Assembly (NCBI GenBank): GCA_963761255.1
Contig: CAVXGH010000004.1
Location: 230,890 to 294,889, forward strand
Direction: 5' to 3'
Length of the DNA stretch: 64,000 bases
Origin: an uncultured delta proteobacterium
Lineage (GTDB): Bacteria > Desulfobacterota > Binatia > Binatales > Binataceae
A program made the translations under genes and the position numbers. Below are positions 35,074 to 45,182 of this stretch, one piece after another. Each line of letters begins with the position of its first letter. The first letter of the stretch is position 1. The notes beneath the pieces were generated by a model. That model searched no databases. It was not told the DNA's origin and worked only from the letters and a program-made list of their open reading frames with translations.

Positions 35074-35312
35074 CGGCTAACGGACCGCCACGTATGCGAG
35101 TCGTTCAAGGCTCACGCCGCGGCTCTCCGGTGCGGGAGGCGTATCCGTAACGAAGCGCGGATTGTTTTGCTCCATAGCGATTAGGACAATAGCTGCGCGA
35201 CTCACGCTCCCAAATCGATAGGTTGAGGGCAAGCGCCAAATTACTCGGCCGCTATGTGATAGGAGTACGTGTCAGGTTGCCTCGCGATTCACGCCGCCGC
35301 ATTAAGCGGCTC

Positions 35313-36104
35313 ATGCTATGTGGCGCCATTTTGCTGGCGCTGGCGTTTCCGTATGTGGCGAATGCAGCCGAAGTGCTCAACTTCCCGCCCTCGGACTTCG
35401 ATATCCTGAGCGTCCAAAGCGGCCTGCTCATCGGTCACGCGCATTATACCGTCGATCAGCGACCGCACTCCCTCATCCTGCACGGCGAAAGTCGCTACCT
35501 GACCGGGGAATATGATGTCGAGGAGGACCACCTGGCTATCCTCGGTAGTGGCGAGATGCCGAAGCTTACCAGCTTCCGCCACAATTTCTTCAACCCGGAC
35601 GGGTCGCCGGCGCTGGAATCGCGACTCGATGTGGCGACTGGGATGGCGGTTTGCAGCAAGGATTTGGAGGGAAATCTCCAGCTAGACGAGCAGAAACTCA
35701 AGATTCCCGATGATACCTATGCCGGCGCGAGTGTCCTGGTGCCGATTCAGGAGCTGGTTGCGCGCGGCGATCGCAGCCACATCATGAAACTGCATGTTTT
35801 CAATTGCACGCCTACGCCGAGGCTGATCGCGGTGGATATAAAGCTGGAATCGCGCGCGCAAACCTGGCCGGAATATCCGGGAGATTTGGAAAAGATCGAC
35901 ATCAAGGCCAACTTCGGCTTCTGGACGCTGGTTATCCAGCCATTTATCCCTAAGCTCGCGGCATGGTTCGATCCATCGCAGGACATGCTGCTCGTCGGGG
36001 TGCAATTGCAGCGCTATTACAAAGGCGCGAAGATCATCCTGTTGCGCAAGCGCGAGGCAAGTCTCAGAAAAGCGCCCACGGTGGCGGGATCACCGCCACC
36101 GTAG
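35313..36104 (+). CDS. Secreted hypothetical protein (DUF3108-like)
   Basis: Signal peptide MLCGAILLALAFPYVANA/AEV. The ORF is open upstream to a TTG at 35223. No catalytic motif recognised. Confidence 0.55.
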   Translation: MLCGAILLALAFPYVANAAEVLNFPPSDFDILSVQSGLLIGHAHYTVDQRPHSLILHGESRYLTGEYDVEEDHLAILGSGEMPKLTSFRHNFFNPDGSPALESRLDVATGMAVCSKDLEGNLQLDEQKLKIPDDTYAGASVLVPIQELVARGDRSHIMKLHVFNCTPTPRLIAVDIKLESRAQTWPEYPGDLEKIDIKANFGFWTLVIQPFIPKLAAWFDPSQDMLLVGVQLQRYYKGAKIILLRKREASLRKAPTVAGSPPP

Positions 36105-36159
36105 CATAAGCATCTAAATTTGGGGATTTTACTTGGCGAGCGGCCGCACTCGCGCGGAT

Positions 36160-36375
36160 CTAGAAGTGCGTCACGCCGCCCTCGTCGAAATGACGCACTG
36201 GGGAGGCCTTCGGTTTGACGTACTGAAATGAGGTCTGGCACTGCGTGCAAGTGCCTTGCGGCTGGCTGCCACTGCGGCGCACCAGTTTGATGTTACGTAC
36301 GATTCCGTCGGTGCACAGATGTGCGGCGACGGGGTAATCGTAGACGGTGCGGATCACCGCGGCTGGTTCGGCCAT
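36160..36375 (-). CDS. Hypothetical small Cys-containing protein (71 aa)
   Basis: MAEPAAVIRTVYDYPVAAHLCTDG...GTCTQCQTSFQYVKPK.... Plausible RBS and GC-rich third codon positions. No family assignment. Confidence 0.3.
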   Translation of the reverse strand: MAEPAAVIRTVYDYPVAAHLCTDGIVRNIKLVRRSGSQPQGTCTQCQTSFQYVKPKASPVRHFDEGGVTHF

Positions 36376-36683
36376 TCTCTACCTAACGCTCCCTCATGCG
36401 GATAGTTTCCTTTTTTTCGCTTCGCTCCCTTGTCGATTCCGGCCCGGGAACGAATTGTAGGAAAGCAAATTTAGCGCAAATCCTGTGTCGATCAATATTT
36501 TGATGACGGTTGGGTTAAATATTTTTGCGACCGGCCTCAAAGTGACGATTCCCACCGCCCAGACATTCACTCCCGGTTCGCGGATTCGCCGCCGATCATT
36601 TTGAAATGGGAGCAACCGGCGTACCGCGTGCGGCCCGGCGGAAATGAGTCGATGCGGGACGATGATGTCCCCAATCGACATCC

Positions 36684-37142
36684 CTACGATGCGTGTGAGG
36701 CGGGGCGGCGCGGAACCAGCACCTTGCGCCGCAGCATCATGATGGTCTCGTTCTTCTGGTTGAAGCCGCGCGTTTCGACATACACGATGCCGCGATCATT
36801 TTTGCTCGTCGAAGGCGTTACCTCGAGCACCTTGGTTTCGGAATACAGCGTGTCACCCGCGAAGGTCGGACCGGTGTGGCGCGCCGATTCGTACTCGAGG
36901 TTGGCAATCGCGGTTTCGCTGATGTCCTTGACACTCATTCCGACCACGATCGCGAGCACCAGCAACCCGTTGACGAGGCATTTGCCATGCTGCGAATTGG
37001 CTGCGTAGGCTGCATCAAAATGAATCGGGTTAGTGTTCATCGTCAGCAGGGTGAACCAGGTATTGTCGACCTCGCTGATGGTGCGTCCCGGCCAATGCTT
37101 GAAGACCTGCCCGGGTTTGAAATCCTCCAGGTAATTGCTCAT
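36684..37142 (-). CDS. MaoC-like (R)-specific enoyl-CoA hydratase / hotdog-fold dehydratase
   Basis: 152 aa. The hotdog motif ...TNPIHFDAAYAANSQHGKCLVNGLL... carries the conserved His. A GGGGGG RBS lies 7 nt upstream. Confidence 0.85.
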   Translation of the reverse strand: MSNYLEDFKPGQVFKHWPGRTISEVDNTWFTLLTMNTNPIHFDAAYAANSQHGKCLVNGLLVLAIVVGMSVKDISETAIANLEYESARHTGPTFAGDTLYSETKVLEVTPSTSKNDRGIVYVETRGFNQKNETIMMLRRKVLVPRRPASHAS

Positions 37143-37155
37143 GCGCGAACCCCCC

Positions 37156-37383
37156 TCAACCTTTGTCCATCACGGCGCGAATTTTCGCTTCGAGGCCTTT
37201 CACCCATTCGTCGAAGTCGGCATCGCGATCGACGATGACTTCGAGCTTGCCGGCCTTGTCGATACCGACGCGCCCGGGGCTTTCGGTGCGCAGCGGAATC
37301 ACGATCGCCTCGCGCGAGATGCCCATCGGCTCGATCACCGCGAAGATTTTTTCGATTTCCTTGAGCGTAACGGCTTTGAGCAC
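37156..37383 (-). CDS. Hypothetical small protein (75 aa) co-transcribed with the MaoC-like gene
   Basis: Its stop lies 13 nt before the MaoC ATG and overlaps the MaoC RBS. Codon usage is genome-like. MLKAVTLKEIEKIFAVIEPMGISREAIVIPLRTESPGRVGIDKAGKLEVIVDRDADFDEW.... Confidence 0.45.
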   Translation of the reverse strand: MLKAVTLKEIEKIFAVIEPMGISREAIVIPLRTESPGRVGIDKAGKLEVIVDRDADFDEWVKGLEAKIRAVMDKG

Positions 37384-37464
37384 GCGTCCCTCGCATCAGG
37401 TGGATTCTGGTCCTCTTTTACATAAGGCGGACGCGACGTAACCTCAACCTTGCGGAGAATCAAG

Positions 37465-37668
37465 ATGACCGGAACCATTAAGAAGGTAGTCAAAGATAAG
37501 GGCTTTGGGTTCATCACGCCCGACGACGGCAGCGATGAGGTGTTTTTCCATCGCTCCCGCCTGTCGCCAAAAGTTTACTTCGAGGATTTGCGCGAAGGCG
37601 AGCGCGTGCAGTTCGACGTGCGTCCGGGCGAGAAAGGACCGCAGGCGTTCAATCTGCGCCTCGGATAG
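37465..37668 (+). CDS. Cold-shock protein (CspA family)
   Basis: MTGTIKKVVKDKGFGFITPDDGSDEVFFH... with RNP1 (KGFGFI) and RNP2 (VFFH) motifs. Confidence 0.88.
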   Translation: MTGTIKKVVKDKGFGFITPDDGSDEVFFHRSRLSPKVYFEDLREGERVQFDVRPGEKGPQAFNLRLG

Positions 37669-37696
37669 CGGCGCGTTCATCCGGTAGCGCACCGAA

Positions 37697-39010
37697 ATGA
37701 AAGCTGTCTACCGGATAATCTCGCTCGTGTTTCGTGCGCTTCAGATGATCATCTGGGGCGCCATCGGCGTGGCGATCTTCGCCCGGCGCTTCGCCGCCGA
37801 AAGCGCTCGCGATCGCCGCATCAGCAGATCCTCGGCACTTCGCGCGTTGGGTCGTGCGCTTCGCCGGATGCTTGAAGGGCTCGGCGCCACTTTCGTCAAA
37901 GTCGGCCAGATCATGAGCACGCGGCCCGACCTGCTTCCCTCGGAAATCATCGCGGAACTGGTGCAACTGCAGGAAAATGTGCGGCCGTTTTCGGTGGCCG
38001 AAGTGCGCCGCATCATCGAGGAAGATTTACGCCATCCCCTGAATGAACTTTTCGATGACTTCGACATCACGCCGATAGCTTCGGCGTCGGTTGCGCAGGT
38101 GCATCGCGCGAAGCTGAAAGGGACGGGCGAGCCGCTCGCGATCAAAGTGCGGCGTCCCTCGATCGCGAGGTGGGCGGAGCTCGACCGCTCGATCATCCTC
38201 GGCATCGCGCATGCGCTCGAGCTGATTCCCTCGATGCGAATGGTGTCGCCGGTCGAATCCGCGCGCCAATTTTGCGACGCGATCAATCGCCAGCTCGATT
38301 TCCGGCGCGAGGCTGCCAACAACTTGCGCTTCCGCGCCAACTTCGCCGGCGAATCGTACGTCGTCTTTCCGCGCGTCTATGAAAATCTCTCGAGCGAACG
38401 CGTGCTGACGATGGAATTTGTCGAGGGCTATCGCGAGCGCGACTTTGCGGCGGTCGGTATCGATCCGAAAAAAGTCGCGGGCCTCGGCATGCGGGTGTTC
38501 TGCAAAATGACCTTCATCGACGGCTTCATCCACGCCGACCTGCATCCGGGCAATATCCGCTTCATGCGCGACAATCGCATCGCGCTGTTCGATCTTGGCC
38601 TCACCGCGGAGCTGACCGACGAGGACCGGCTGATGTTCGCGCAGACCATGTTCTACATGGCGAATGGCATGGGCCGCGAGCTGGCCAAGCAGATGTACGA
38701 CCTCACGCAGCACAACCTCGATTTCGACTACGCGGAGTATGAGCGCGAGATTAGTGACTACCTGACGCGATTCACCAATCAGCCGCTGGGTGAAATCGAG
38801 ATGTCGGTCGCGATCGGAAAATTCTTCGACATCTACCGCCGCTACGGGATGCGCCTCGACGGCCGCTACACGGTGCTCAACGTCTCGATGATGGTGTGCG
38901 AGGGGCTGGGCAAGAAGCTCGACCCGAGCCTCGACATCACGAGCGAGGCGAAACCCTTCCTCGCGGCCGCCCTCGCGCCGCTGATGAAATCAGTTGCCTC
39001 GTCAAACTAG
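37697..39010 (+). CDS. ABC1/UbiB-family atypical protein kinase
   Basis: 437 aa with ...FVKVGQIMSTRPDLLPSEII..., ...IASASVAQVHRAKL..., catalytic HADLHPGNI and DLG motifs. Confidence 0.85.
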   Translation: MKAVYRIISLVFRALQMIIWGAIGVAIFARRFAAESARDRRISRSSALRALGRALRRMLEGLGATFVKVGQIMSTRPDLLPSEIIAELVQLQENVRPFSVAEVRRIIEEDLRHPLNELFDDFDITPIASASVAQVHRAKLKGTGEPLAIKVRRPSIARWAELDRSIILGIAHALELIPSMRMVSPVESARQFCDAINRQLDFRREAANNLRFRANFAGESYVVFPRVYENLSSERVLTMEFVEGYRERDFAAVGIDPKKVAGLGMRVFCKMTFIDGFIHADLHPGNIRFMRDNRIALFDLGLTAELTDEDRLMFAQTMFYMANGMGRELAKQMYDLTQHNLDFDYAEYEREISDYLTRFTNQPLGEIEMSVAIGKFFDIYRRYGMRLDGRYTVLNVSMMVCEGLGKKLDPSLDITSEAKPFLAAALAPLMKSVASSN

Positions 39011-40518
39011 CGGCGCCAGGCGAGGAGGCGCTCGAACAGGCGTTTGGTGAAGGGTGTCAAGCGGGTGCGATTGTAAGCGTCGCCGACCTTTTTGATCGCG
39101 GCGGCTTGCGTCGGATATGGATGAATCACGCTCGCGATACCGCCCAATCCGAGGCCAGCTTTCATTGCGGTGGTGATTTCGGAAATCAGGTCGCCGGCGT
39201 GGCTCGCGACGATCGTCGCGCCGAGGATTTTGTCACTGCCGTCTTGCACGTGAACTTTCACAAAGCCATCGGTCTCGCCATCGAGGACGGCGCGGTCGGC
39301 CTCCGCGAGTTCCTGTACGAAAGTCTTAACCTTGAGGCCCTTTTTTTCGGCCTCGTGCTCGTACATCCCGACGTGTGCGATTTCGGGATCCGTGTAAGTA
39401 CACCATGGGATGATGAGAGCGCTTGCTTTCGCGCGGCCGAAGAAGAGCGCGTTGCGAATCGCGATGCGCGCCTCTTCGTCGGCGAGGTGGGTGAATTTGT
39501 AGGGCGAGGCAACATCGCCGATGGCGTAAATGTGCGGATTGGCGGTCTGCAGATAATCGTTAACCTTCACTCCCGCGGCGCGATCGTACTCGATGCCCGC
39601 CGCTTCGAGGTTCAGGCCCTCGACCACCGGCGCGCGCCCGGCTCCGATGAGGATTTCATCTACCGCGATTTCCTCGGTGCCGATGAATAGAACCTTCTCG
39701 CTCCCGCGCTTCTCGACGCGCTCGGTTTTGCAATTCGTTACGATGCGCATGCCGTCTCGAGTCAGCGCCCACTCGATCAACTTCGCGGCGTCGCGATCCT
39801 CGCGGATGAGAATTTGCGGGGCGACTTCCAACATCGTCACTGCGGAACCGAAGCGCTGAAATGTCTGCGCGAGCTCGCATCCGATCGGACCCGCGCCGAT
39901 TATCACAAGCCGTCGCGGCAACTCGCTCAGCGAGAAAACCGTTTCGTTGGTGAGATAACCGGCTTCCGCGAGGCCGGGGATCGGCGGCGCGGTCGCGCGC
40001 GCGCCGGTTGCGATGGTCGCTCGCGAGAACCGCAGCGGTGCACCCGCCACCTCGATACTGTCGCGACCGGTGAATCGAGCATCGCCGAGGAACACATCGA
40101 CGCCGAGGCTTTGGAATCGCGCGGCGGAATCCAGTTTGGCGAGGTCAGCTCGGATGGTGCGCATCCGCGCCATCACGGCAGGAAAATCCACGCGCACGCC
40201 GTCCGGCACGATGACTCCCAGTCGTTTTGCATTGCGCGCCGATGCCGCTGCTCGCGCCGCCGCGATGAGCGCTTTCGACGGAACGCATCCGAAGTTGAGG
40301 CAATCGCCGCCCATCAGGTCACGCTCGATGAGCGCAACCTTCGCACCGAGGCCCGCCGCACCCGCCGCGGTGACGAGCCCCGCGGTCCCCGCGCCAATCA
40401 CCACCATGTTGTAGCGCGGCGCGGGCGTGGGATTTTGCCATCGGTCGGGCCGCACACTCGCGAGCAGCTTCAGGTTAAGTTCGTCGAGCGGAGCGATCGC
40501 GAGCGCCTCATGTGGCAT
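39007..40518 (-). CDS. FAD-dependent pyridine nucleotide-disulfide oxidoreductase (dihydrolipoyl dehydrogenase / mercuric-reductase-core-like)
   Basis: 503 aa with redox-active disulfide GGDCLNFGCVPSK, FAD and NAD GxGxxG motifs, and a C-terminal dimerisation domain carrying the HPT motif. Confidence 0.85.
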   Translation of the reverse strand: MPHEALAIAPLDELNLKLLASVRPDRWQNPTPAPRYNMVVIGAGTAGLVTAAGAAGLGAKVALIERDLMGGDCLNFGCVPSKALIAAARAAASARNAKRLGVIVPDGVRVDFPAVMARMRTIRADLAKLDSAARFQSLGVDVFLGDARFTGRDSIEVAGAPLRFSRATIATGARATAPPIPGLAEAGYLTNETVFSLSELPRRLVIIGAGPIGCELAQTFQRFGSAVTMLEVAPQILIREDRDAAKLIEWALTRDGMRIVTNCKTERVEKRGSEKVLFIGTEEIAVDEILIGAGRAPVVEGLNLEAAGIEYDRAAGVKVNDYLQTANPHIYAIGDVASPYKFTHLADEEARIAIRNALFFGRAKASALIIPWCTYTDPEIAHVGMYEHEAEKKGLKVKTFVQELAEADRAVLDGETDGFVKVHVQDGSDKILGATIVASHAGDLISEITTAMKAGLGLGGIASVIHPYPTQAAAIKKVGDAYNRTRLTPFTKRLFERLLAWRR

Positions 40519-40527
40519 GGAAGTCTC

Positions 40528-41232
40528 CTAGGATGAAGTAGCGCCGAGGTCAGCGCTTTCATTAAGTGCGCGCGATGCGATGCGGCCCGCGTAGATCGCA
40601 ACTCCCAGGGTTGCGGCGAGGCCGACGATTCTAAGCACCCATCGCACAGGCGTCTGATGCGAAGTGGAAGATGCCGCCAGCGTACCGCCCAGTGATCCGA
40701 GGTACACGTAAAGCACGCTCCCCGGCATGATTCCGATCCAGGTCGCGAGGAAATAATCGCGCAACGTCACCGCGGTCAGCCCGAACGCATAGTTGAGCAG
40801 GTTGAAGGGAAAGACCGGCGAGAGCCGCGTCATCAGAACGATTTTCCATCCTTCTCGTCCGACCGCCTGATCGATCGCGGCGAACTTGCGATTGCCCTCG
40901 AGTTGGCCACGGACCCAGTCGCGCGCGAGATAGCGCCCGATGAGAAATGCTGCCGTGGCGCCAATCGTTGCGCCGATCGAGACATAGATGGAGCCCCAGA
41001 GCAGGCCGAACAAGACGCCTGCGCCGATGGTCAAGACGGAGCCGGGTACGAACAGGACCGCGCCGACGACGTACAGGACGATGAAGAGCACCGGGGCGAG
41101 CGCGCCCAAGCCGCGGATGCGATCGAGCAGCGCGGAAAACACCTCGCCAAGATGGAAATAATGTCCGGCCGCAATCAGTGCGATGATCGCCACGACGACG
41201 ATCATCACCTTGGGCTGGAGGAGGGTTTTCAT
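40528..41232 (-). CDS. TVP38/TMEM64 (DedA-like) family membrane protein
   Basis: Start MKTLLQPKVMIVVV.... Conserved ...LFVPGSVLTIGAGVLFG... and ...RLSPVFPFNLLNYAFGLT... motifs. Commonly sits directly beside a disulfide oxidoreductase gene, as here. Confidence 0.8.
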   Translation of the reverse strand: MKTLLQPKVMIVVVAIIALIAAGHYFHLGEVFSALLDRIRGLGALAPVLFIVLYVVGAVLFVPGSVLTIGAGVLFGLLWGSIYVSIGATIGATAAFLIGRYLARDWVRGQLEGNRKFAAIDQAVGREGWKIVLMTRLSPVFPFNLLNYAFGLTAVTLRDYFLATWIGIMPGSVLYVYLGSLGGTLAASSTSHQTPVRWVLRIVGLAATLGVAIYAGRIASRALNESADLGATSS

Positions 41233-41302
41233 CCGATTCGTCTCGACCGAGTGGCGCGTGCGCCGCTTTTCTGAACGCTTCGGTAATGTAAAGGTTGGAT
41301 CG

Positions 41303-41815
41303 GTGAGTGTACAGGAACATAAACGCCACGCGCGCTCGAATCTGAAAGTGGGAGTGCTCACCGCGAGCGACACCCGCTCGCCCGAAGATGATAAGAGCGG
41401 CCAGCTCATCAAGCAGCTGTTCGAGGCGGCGGGCCATCGCGTCGAGTTCTACCGCATCGTGCGCGATGAAGCCGATACCATCGCGGCCGCCATCACCGAC
41501 AACCTGGGCAACCTCGATGCGATGATCGTTACCGGCGGCACCGGCGTTGCGCCGCGCGATGTCACCGCAGACGTGGTTAAAAAGATGCTGGGCACCGAGC
41601 TTCCCGGATTTGGCGAGCTGTTCAGGATGCTGTCGTATCAGGAAATCGGCTCGGCGGCTCTCGCAAGCCGCGCCATCGCCGGGATGCTTAATGGAAAATT
41701 TCTCGCGGCACTTCCAGGCTCGACTGGCGGATGCCGCCTCGCCATGGAAAAATTGATCCTCCCTGAGCTTGGCCATCTTATCGACCTGGCAAATCCGTTC
41801 GCGAATCCAAAATGA
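41303..41815 (+). CDS. Molybdenum cofactor biosynthesis protein B / MogA-family molybdopterin adenylyltransferase
   Basis: ...KVGVLTASDTRSPEDDKSGQ... and ...DAMIVTGGTGVAPRDVT... (GGTG motif). GTG start assumed at 41303; the ORF is open to 41183. Confidence 0.7.
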   Translation: MSVQEHKRHARSNLKVGVLTASDTRSPEDDKSGQLIKQLFEAAGHRVEFYRIVRDEADTIAAAITDNLGNLDAMIVTGGTGVAPRDVTADVVKKMLGTELPGFGELFRMLSYQEIGSAALASRAIAGMLNGKFLAALPGSTGGCRLAMEKLILPELGHLIDLANPFANPK

Positions 41816-42522
41816 ACCGCCTCACCATTCGATTGTTCGCGACCTTGCGCGAGCGCGCCGGCGCTCCAGAACTGACGCGCGATTACCCAGACAATGCGAC
41901 CGTCGCGCAGATTTGGGAACGGCTGAAGGCCGAATTCCCCGCCCTCGAAGGCCATCGCGACGCGGTCCGCTTCGCGGTCAACCAGGAATACGTCGACGAC
42001 GATTATCGTCCACGCCCGGGCGATGAAATCGCATTCATTCCGCCGGTCAGCGGCGGCTCCGATACTCCAACGTGGATCGGTCCGATCAGGATCGTTCGCG
42101 ATCGCGTCGATGTGGCCGCGCTGGAAAAGGGCGTCGCCGATCCGCTCGCCGGCGCGATCTGCACCTTCGTCGGCACCACGCGTGAGAACAACGTCGGACG
42201 CAAAGTGCTGCGCCTCGAATACGAGGCCTACGAGGCGATGGCGATGTCCGAAATCCGCAAGCTCGCGGCTGAGGCTGGCCGGCGATGGGAAATCACCCGC
42301 ATCGCGATCACGCATCGAATCGGGGTGGTGGAAATCGGCGAGACGTCGGTCGCGATCGCGGTATCGGCGCCCCATCGTGCCGAGGCGTTCGAGGCGTGCC
42401 GCTTCGCGATCGACCGCTTGAAGGAAATTGTGCCGATTTGGAAGAAAGAGCACTTCGAAGGCGGTGAAGTCTGGATCGGCTGTCAGACCTCGCATCCGCC
42501 GCACGCCCAACCGGCGAAATAG
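41812..42522 (+). CDS. Molybdopterin synthase MoaD-MoaE fusion protein
   Basis: The N-terminal 82 aa form a MoaD/ThiS fold ending ...IAFIPPVSGG. The remainder is MoaE (...FVGTTRENNVGRKVLRLEYEAYEAMA...HRIGVVEIGETSVAIAVSAPHR...). The start overlaps the MoaB stop. Confidence 0.8.
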   Translation: MNRLTIRLFATLRERAGAPELTRDYPDNATVAQIWERLKAEFPALEGHRDAVRFAVNQEYVDDDYRPRPGDEIAFIPPVSGGSDTPTWIGPIRIVRDRVDVAALEKGVADPLAGAICTFVGTTRENNVGRKVLRLEYEAYEAMAMSEIRKLAAEAGRRWEITRIAITHRIGVVEIGETSVAIAVSAPHRAEAFEACRFAIDRLKEIVPIWKKEHFEGGEVWIGCQTSHPPHAQPAK

Positions 42523-42596
42523 CGACCATTTTTCCTGTCGGGTATAATTTGTAGGCTTATTGACCTCTCGGACAGGCTTCTATATCTCCTCAAGGA

Positions 42597-43538
42597 ATGC
42601 CATTAGGCCAAACTGTGGTTGAGAAAATTATTCTTGCCGAGCCCCGGGGTTTTTGTGCCGGTGTCGATCGGGCGGTCGAGGCGGTCCGCAGCGCGCTGCG
42701 CGCTTACGGGCGTCCTCTATATGTGCGCCATCAGATAGTGCACAACCGCTTCGTACTGGAGGCTTTGGAACAGGAGGGCGCGATTTTCGTCGAAACGCTC
42801 GCCGAGGTCCCTGAAGGCCAGCGGGTGATTTTCAGCGCCCATGGCGTCGCGCCCAGCGAATGGGATCGCGCCAAGGATCGCGGCCTCCGGGTCATCGATG
42901 CGACCTGTCCCCTCGTGACGAAGGTTCATCTCGAAGTTGAGCGTTATGCGACCGAGGGCCGCACGGTGGTACTCGTCGGCCACGCGGGCCATGAGGAAGT
43001 GAAAGGCACGCTCGGCGTCGCGCCGGGCAAGGTGGTGCTGGTCGGCAGCGTCGAGGAAGCCGAAAAAGTTCAGCTTCCCGATCCGGAACGCGTCGCTGCG
43101 GTGACGCAGACCACGCTCAGCATCGACGATACCCGGGACATCCTCGAAATCCTCAAGCGCCGCTTCCCCAAGATGGCGACGCCGAAGACCGACGACATCT
43201 GCTATGCGACCCAGAATCGCCAGAATGCGGTGAAGGAGCTAGTTCAACTTAGCGAGGCGATCCTGGTGGTCGGCTCCAAGCAGAGCTCCAACGCCAATCG
43301 CCTGGTTGAAGTCGCGAGGACGCGCGGCGCGCGCGCGTTCCTCGTCGATTCGATTGCCGACGTCGAGCCTGACATGTTGGCCGGCGTGAAGTCGCTAGGC
43401 CTTACCGCAAGCGCCTCATCACCGGAATGGCTGGTCGAGGAGATCATCGGCGCGTTCAAGAATCGCGGCGCCGAGGTCGAGTTGTTGAGCGTCGCGAAGG
43501 AGCGGGTGCATTTCCCGCTGCCGATGACCGCCGACTAA
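42597..43538 (+). CDS. ispH: 4-hydroxy-3-methylbut-2-enyl diphosphate reductase
   Basis: 313 aa with the three conserved Cys (GFCAGV; IDATCPLV; a third downstream), ...FSAHGV... and ...TQTTLS.... Confidence 0.9.
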   Translation: MPLGQTVVEKIILAEPRGFCAGVDRAVEAVRSALRAYGRPLYVRHQIVHNRFVLEALEQEGAIFVETLAEVPEGQRVIFSAHGVAPSEWDRAKDRGLRVIDATCPLVTKVHLEVERYATEGRTVVLVGHAGHEEVKGTLGVAPGKVVLVGSVEEAEKVQLPDPERVAAVTQTTLSIDDTRDILEILKRRFPKMATPKTDDICYATQNRQNAVKELVQLSEAILVVGSKQSSNANRLVEVARTRGARAFLVDSIADVEPDMLAGVKSLGLTASASSPEWLVEEIIGAFKNRGAEVELLSVAKERVHFPLPMTAD

Positions 43539-43577
43539 AGCCGACGCAGAGCGCCCGCCGGTTGGGAATCACTTAGT

Positions 43578-44414
43578 TCACGAGAGGTGGGTGGTGACCT
43601 CGCGGCGGCGCAGTCGCGGCGCGGGTTCGGGCTGTGCCGGTGTCGGACGTGCCGGACTCGCGAGGCGTGAGGCAACGATTTTGAACACCTCCGTGTTGAC
43701 GCCCATGCCCACGTGACTCGCCATCACTTCGATGTTCTCGACCGTCTTCGCGCCTGAGCGGTCGATGCAGCTGTCAAAATGAACGACGCCGTCAGTCCTG
43801 GAATAGAGCACCGTGGTGGGAATGTCGCCCGGATGGCGCTCGGTCACCATCATGCCGCAGGAGCACGATTGGGTGAGGCATCCGTCGTCCATGTTGCGAA
43901 GTCGCGCTACCAGTCGCGCGGTGGCGACGACCAGCGGATTGGCGGAATCCTCGACCAGGCGAATCGGCGATCCCAGGGTAATGACGCGCTCGACGAGATC
44001 GGGACGTCGCGCGGCGAGTTCCCGCGCATACACGCCGCCCAAGCTTTGCCCGATGATGGCGACACGACCCTCATCGCCATGGATGCGCTCGAGGTGACGT
44101 TCAAGGTGCGCGACTGTCTCGCGCGGGCATTTTGAGTTGGATCGGATACCGGTAAAGAAGGTCTTATGCCCCAGCCATTTACATAAACCGGCCAGCGGCG
44201 CGAGGCTCATGTCTCCGGCCATAAAGCCGGGAACGAACATTACAGATTTGCGATTACCATGCTGCGCCACATGCGGCCAGGAATGATGGATGCCATGAAT
44301 CCAGAACAGCGCGGCTTCCATCGGAAAGCGCAATTCGAAAAATGAGTGGAGCAAGGAAGGACGTTGCGTGTAGCGCGCAATGTTGACGGCATCAACCGTT
44401 TTCTCGGACCGCAT
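43578..44414 (-). CDS. Alpha/beta hydrolase (lipase/esterase-like)
   Basis: Nucleophile elbow GQSLGG. Start taken at MRSEKTV...; the ORF extends to 44513. Confidence 0.7.
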   Translation of the reverse strand: MRSEKTVDAVNIARYTQRPSLLHSFFELRFPMEAALFWIHGIHHSWPHVAQHGNRKSVMFVPGFMAGDMSLAPLAGLCKWLGHKTFFTGIRSNSKCPRETVAHLERHLERIHGDEGRVAIIGQSLGGVYARELAARRPDLVERVITLGSPIRLVEDSANPLVVATARLVARLRNMDDGCLTQSCSCGMMVTERHPGDIPTTVLYSRTDGVVHFDSCIDRSGAKTVENIEVMASHVGMGVNTEVFKIVASRLASPARPTPAQPEPAPRLRRREVTTHLS

Positions 44415-44621
44415 TGGACCCCTGGGGAACGGAAGCCCCGGCAGACGGTTATGGATCGATGTTCTGGAGTGTTGAGAGAGCCGCCTGCCGCCCGCAACCT
44501 CGTCCCGTAACAATCAACTATTCTCCAATCGGAACGATTGTTCAAATGAATTGTACTTGAGCAGAAACCGCGACAAAGAAGCGCAGCTAACCGAGTCGAA
44601 ATTACAGAGAGTCACAAACCT

Positions 44622-45059
44622 CTAGATGCTGAAGGTCAACGCAGTCCGCCGCCGTTCGGTGAGCATTTGCAATGTCGTTCGCTTGAGCACCGCGGTTACC
44701 GAATCGCGGACCTCGCGCCACACATCGCGCATCGGGCAGGGCTGCTCGCGGGCGCATGGTGAGTTACCGCCCTCTTCGAGACAGTCGACCGGGTTGTAGT
44801 CGCCCTCGATGATCTCGACGACATCCGCCATTGTGATTCGAGCCGGATGCCGCGCCAGCATGTACCCGCCGCTGGGCCCCTTCTGGCTGGCGACCAGCCC
44901 GCCGCGCTTCAGCTCGATGAGGAGACGGCGAAGATAATTTTCCGGGATGCTTTGGCTCTCGGCTATCTCTTCGACGCGCATCGGCTCGGGAGACGGGTAA
45001 CGCTCGGCCAGAGCCAGGAGAGCCTTGAGAGAATAATCGACGCCAACGCCAAATTTCAT
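44622..45059 (-). CDS. Rrf2-family transcriptional regulator (IscR/CymR-like)
   Basis: 145 aa with wHTH and a three-Cys cluster (CLEEGGNSPCAREQPC). Divergent from the sulfite reductase gene. Confidence 0.85.
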   Translation of the reverse strand: MKFGVGVDYSLKALLALAERYPSPEPMRVEEIAESQSIPENYLRRLLIELKRGGLVASQKGPSGGYMLARHPARITMADVVEIIEGDYNPVDCLEEGGNSPCAREQPCPMRDVWREVRDSVTAVLKRTTLQMLTERRRTALTFSI

Positions 45060-45182
45060 AGAATCTTCAACGAATTAATAGCACGACGGCGGGATAGATT
45101 AAATAGCAGACTTGCTTAGTCATCTATTTAGTTGACTAAGTTACTCACTGAAGTTATCTTTAACGGTCCGGAGTCAGTAATT

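Noticed and set aside
40631-41776. 381-aa minus-strand ORF spanning DedA and moaB regions
   Set aside because: Overlaps two well-supported genes on both strands. Arg-rich and low complexity.
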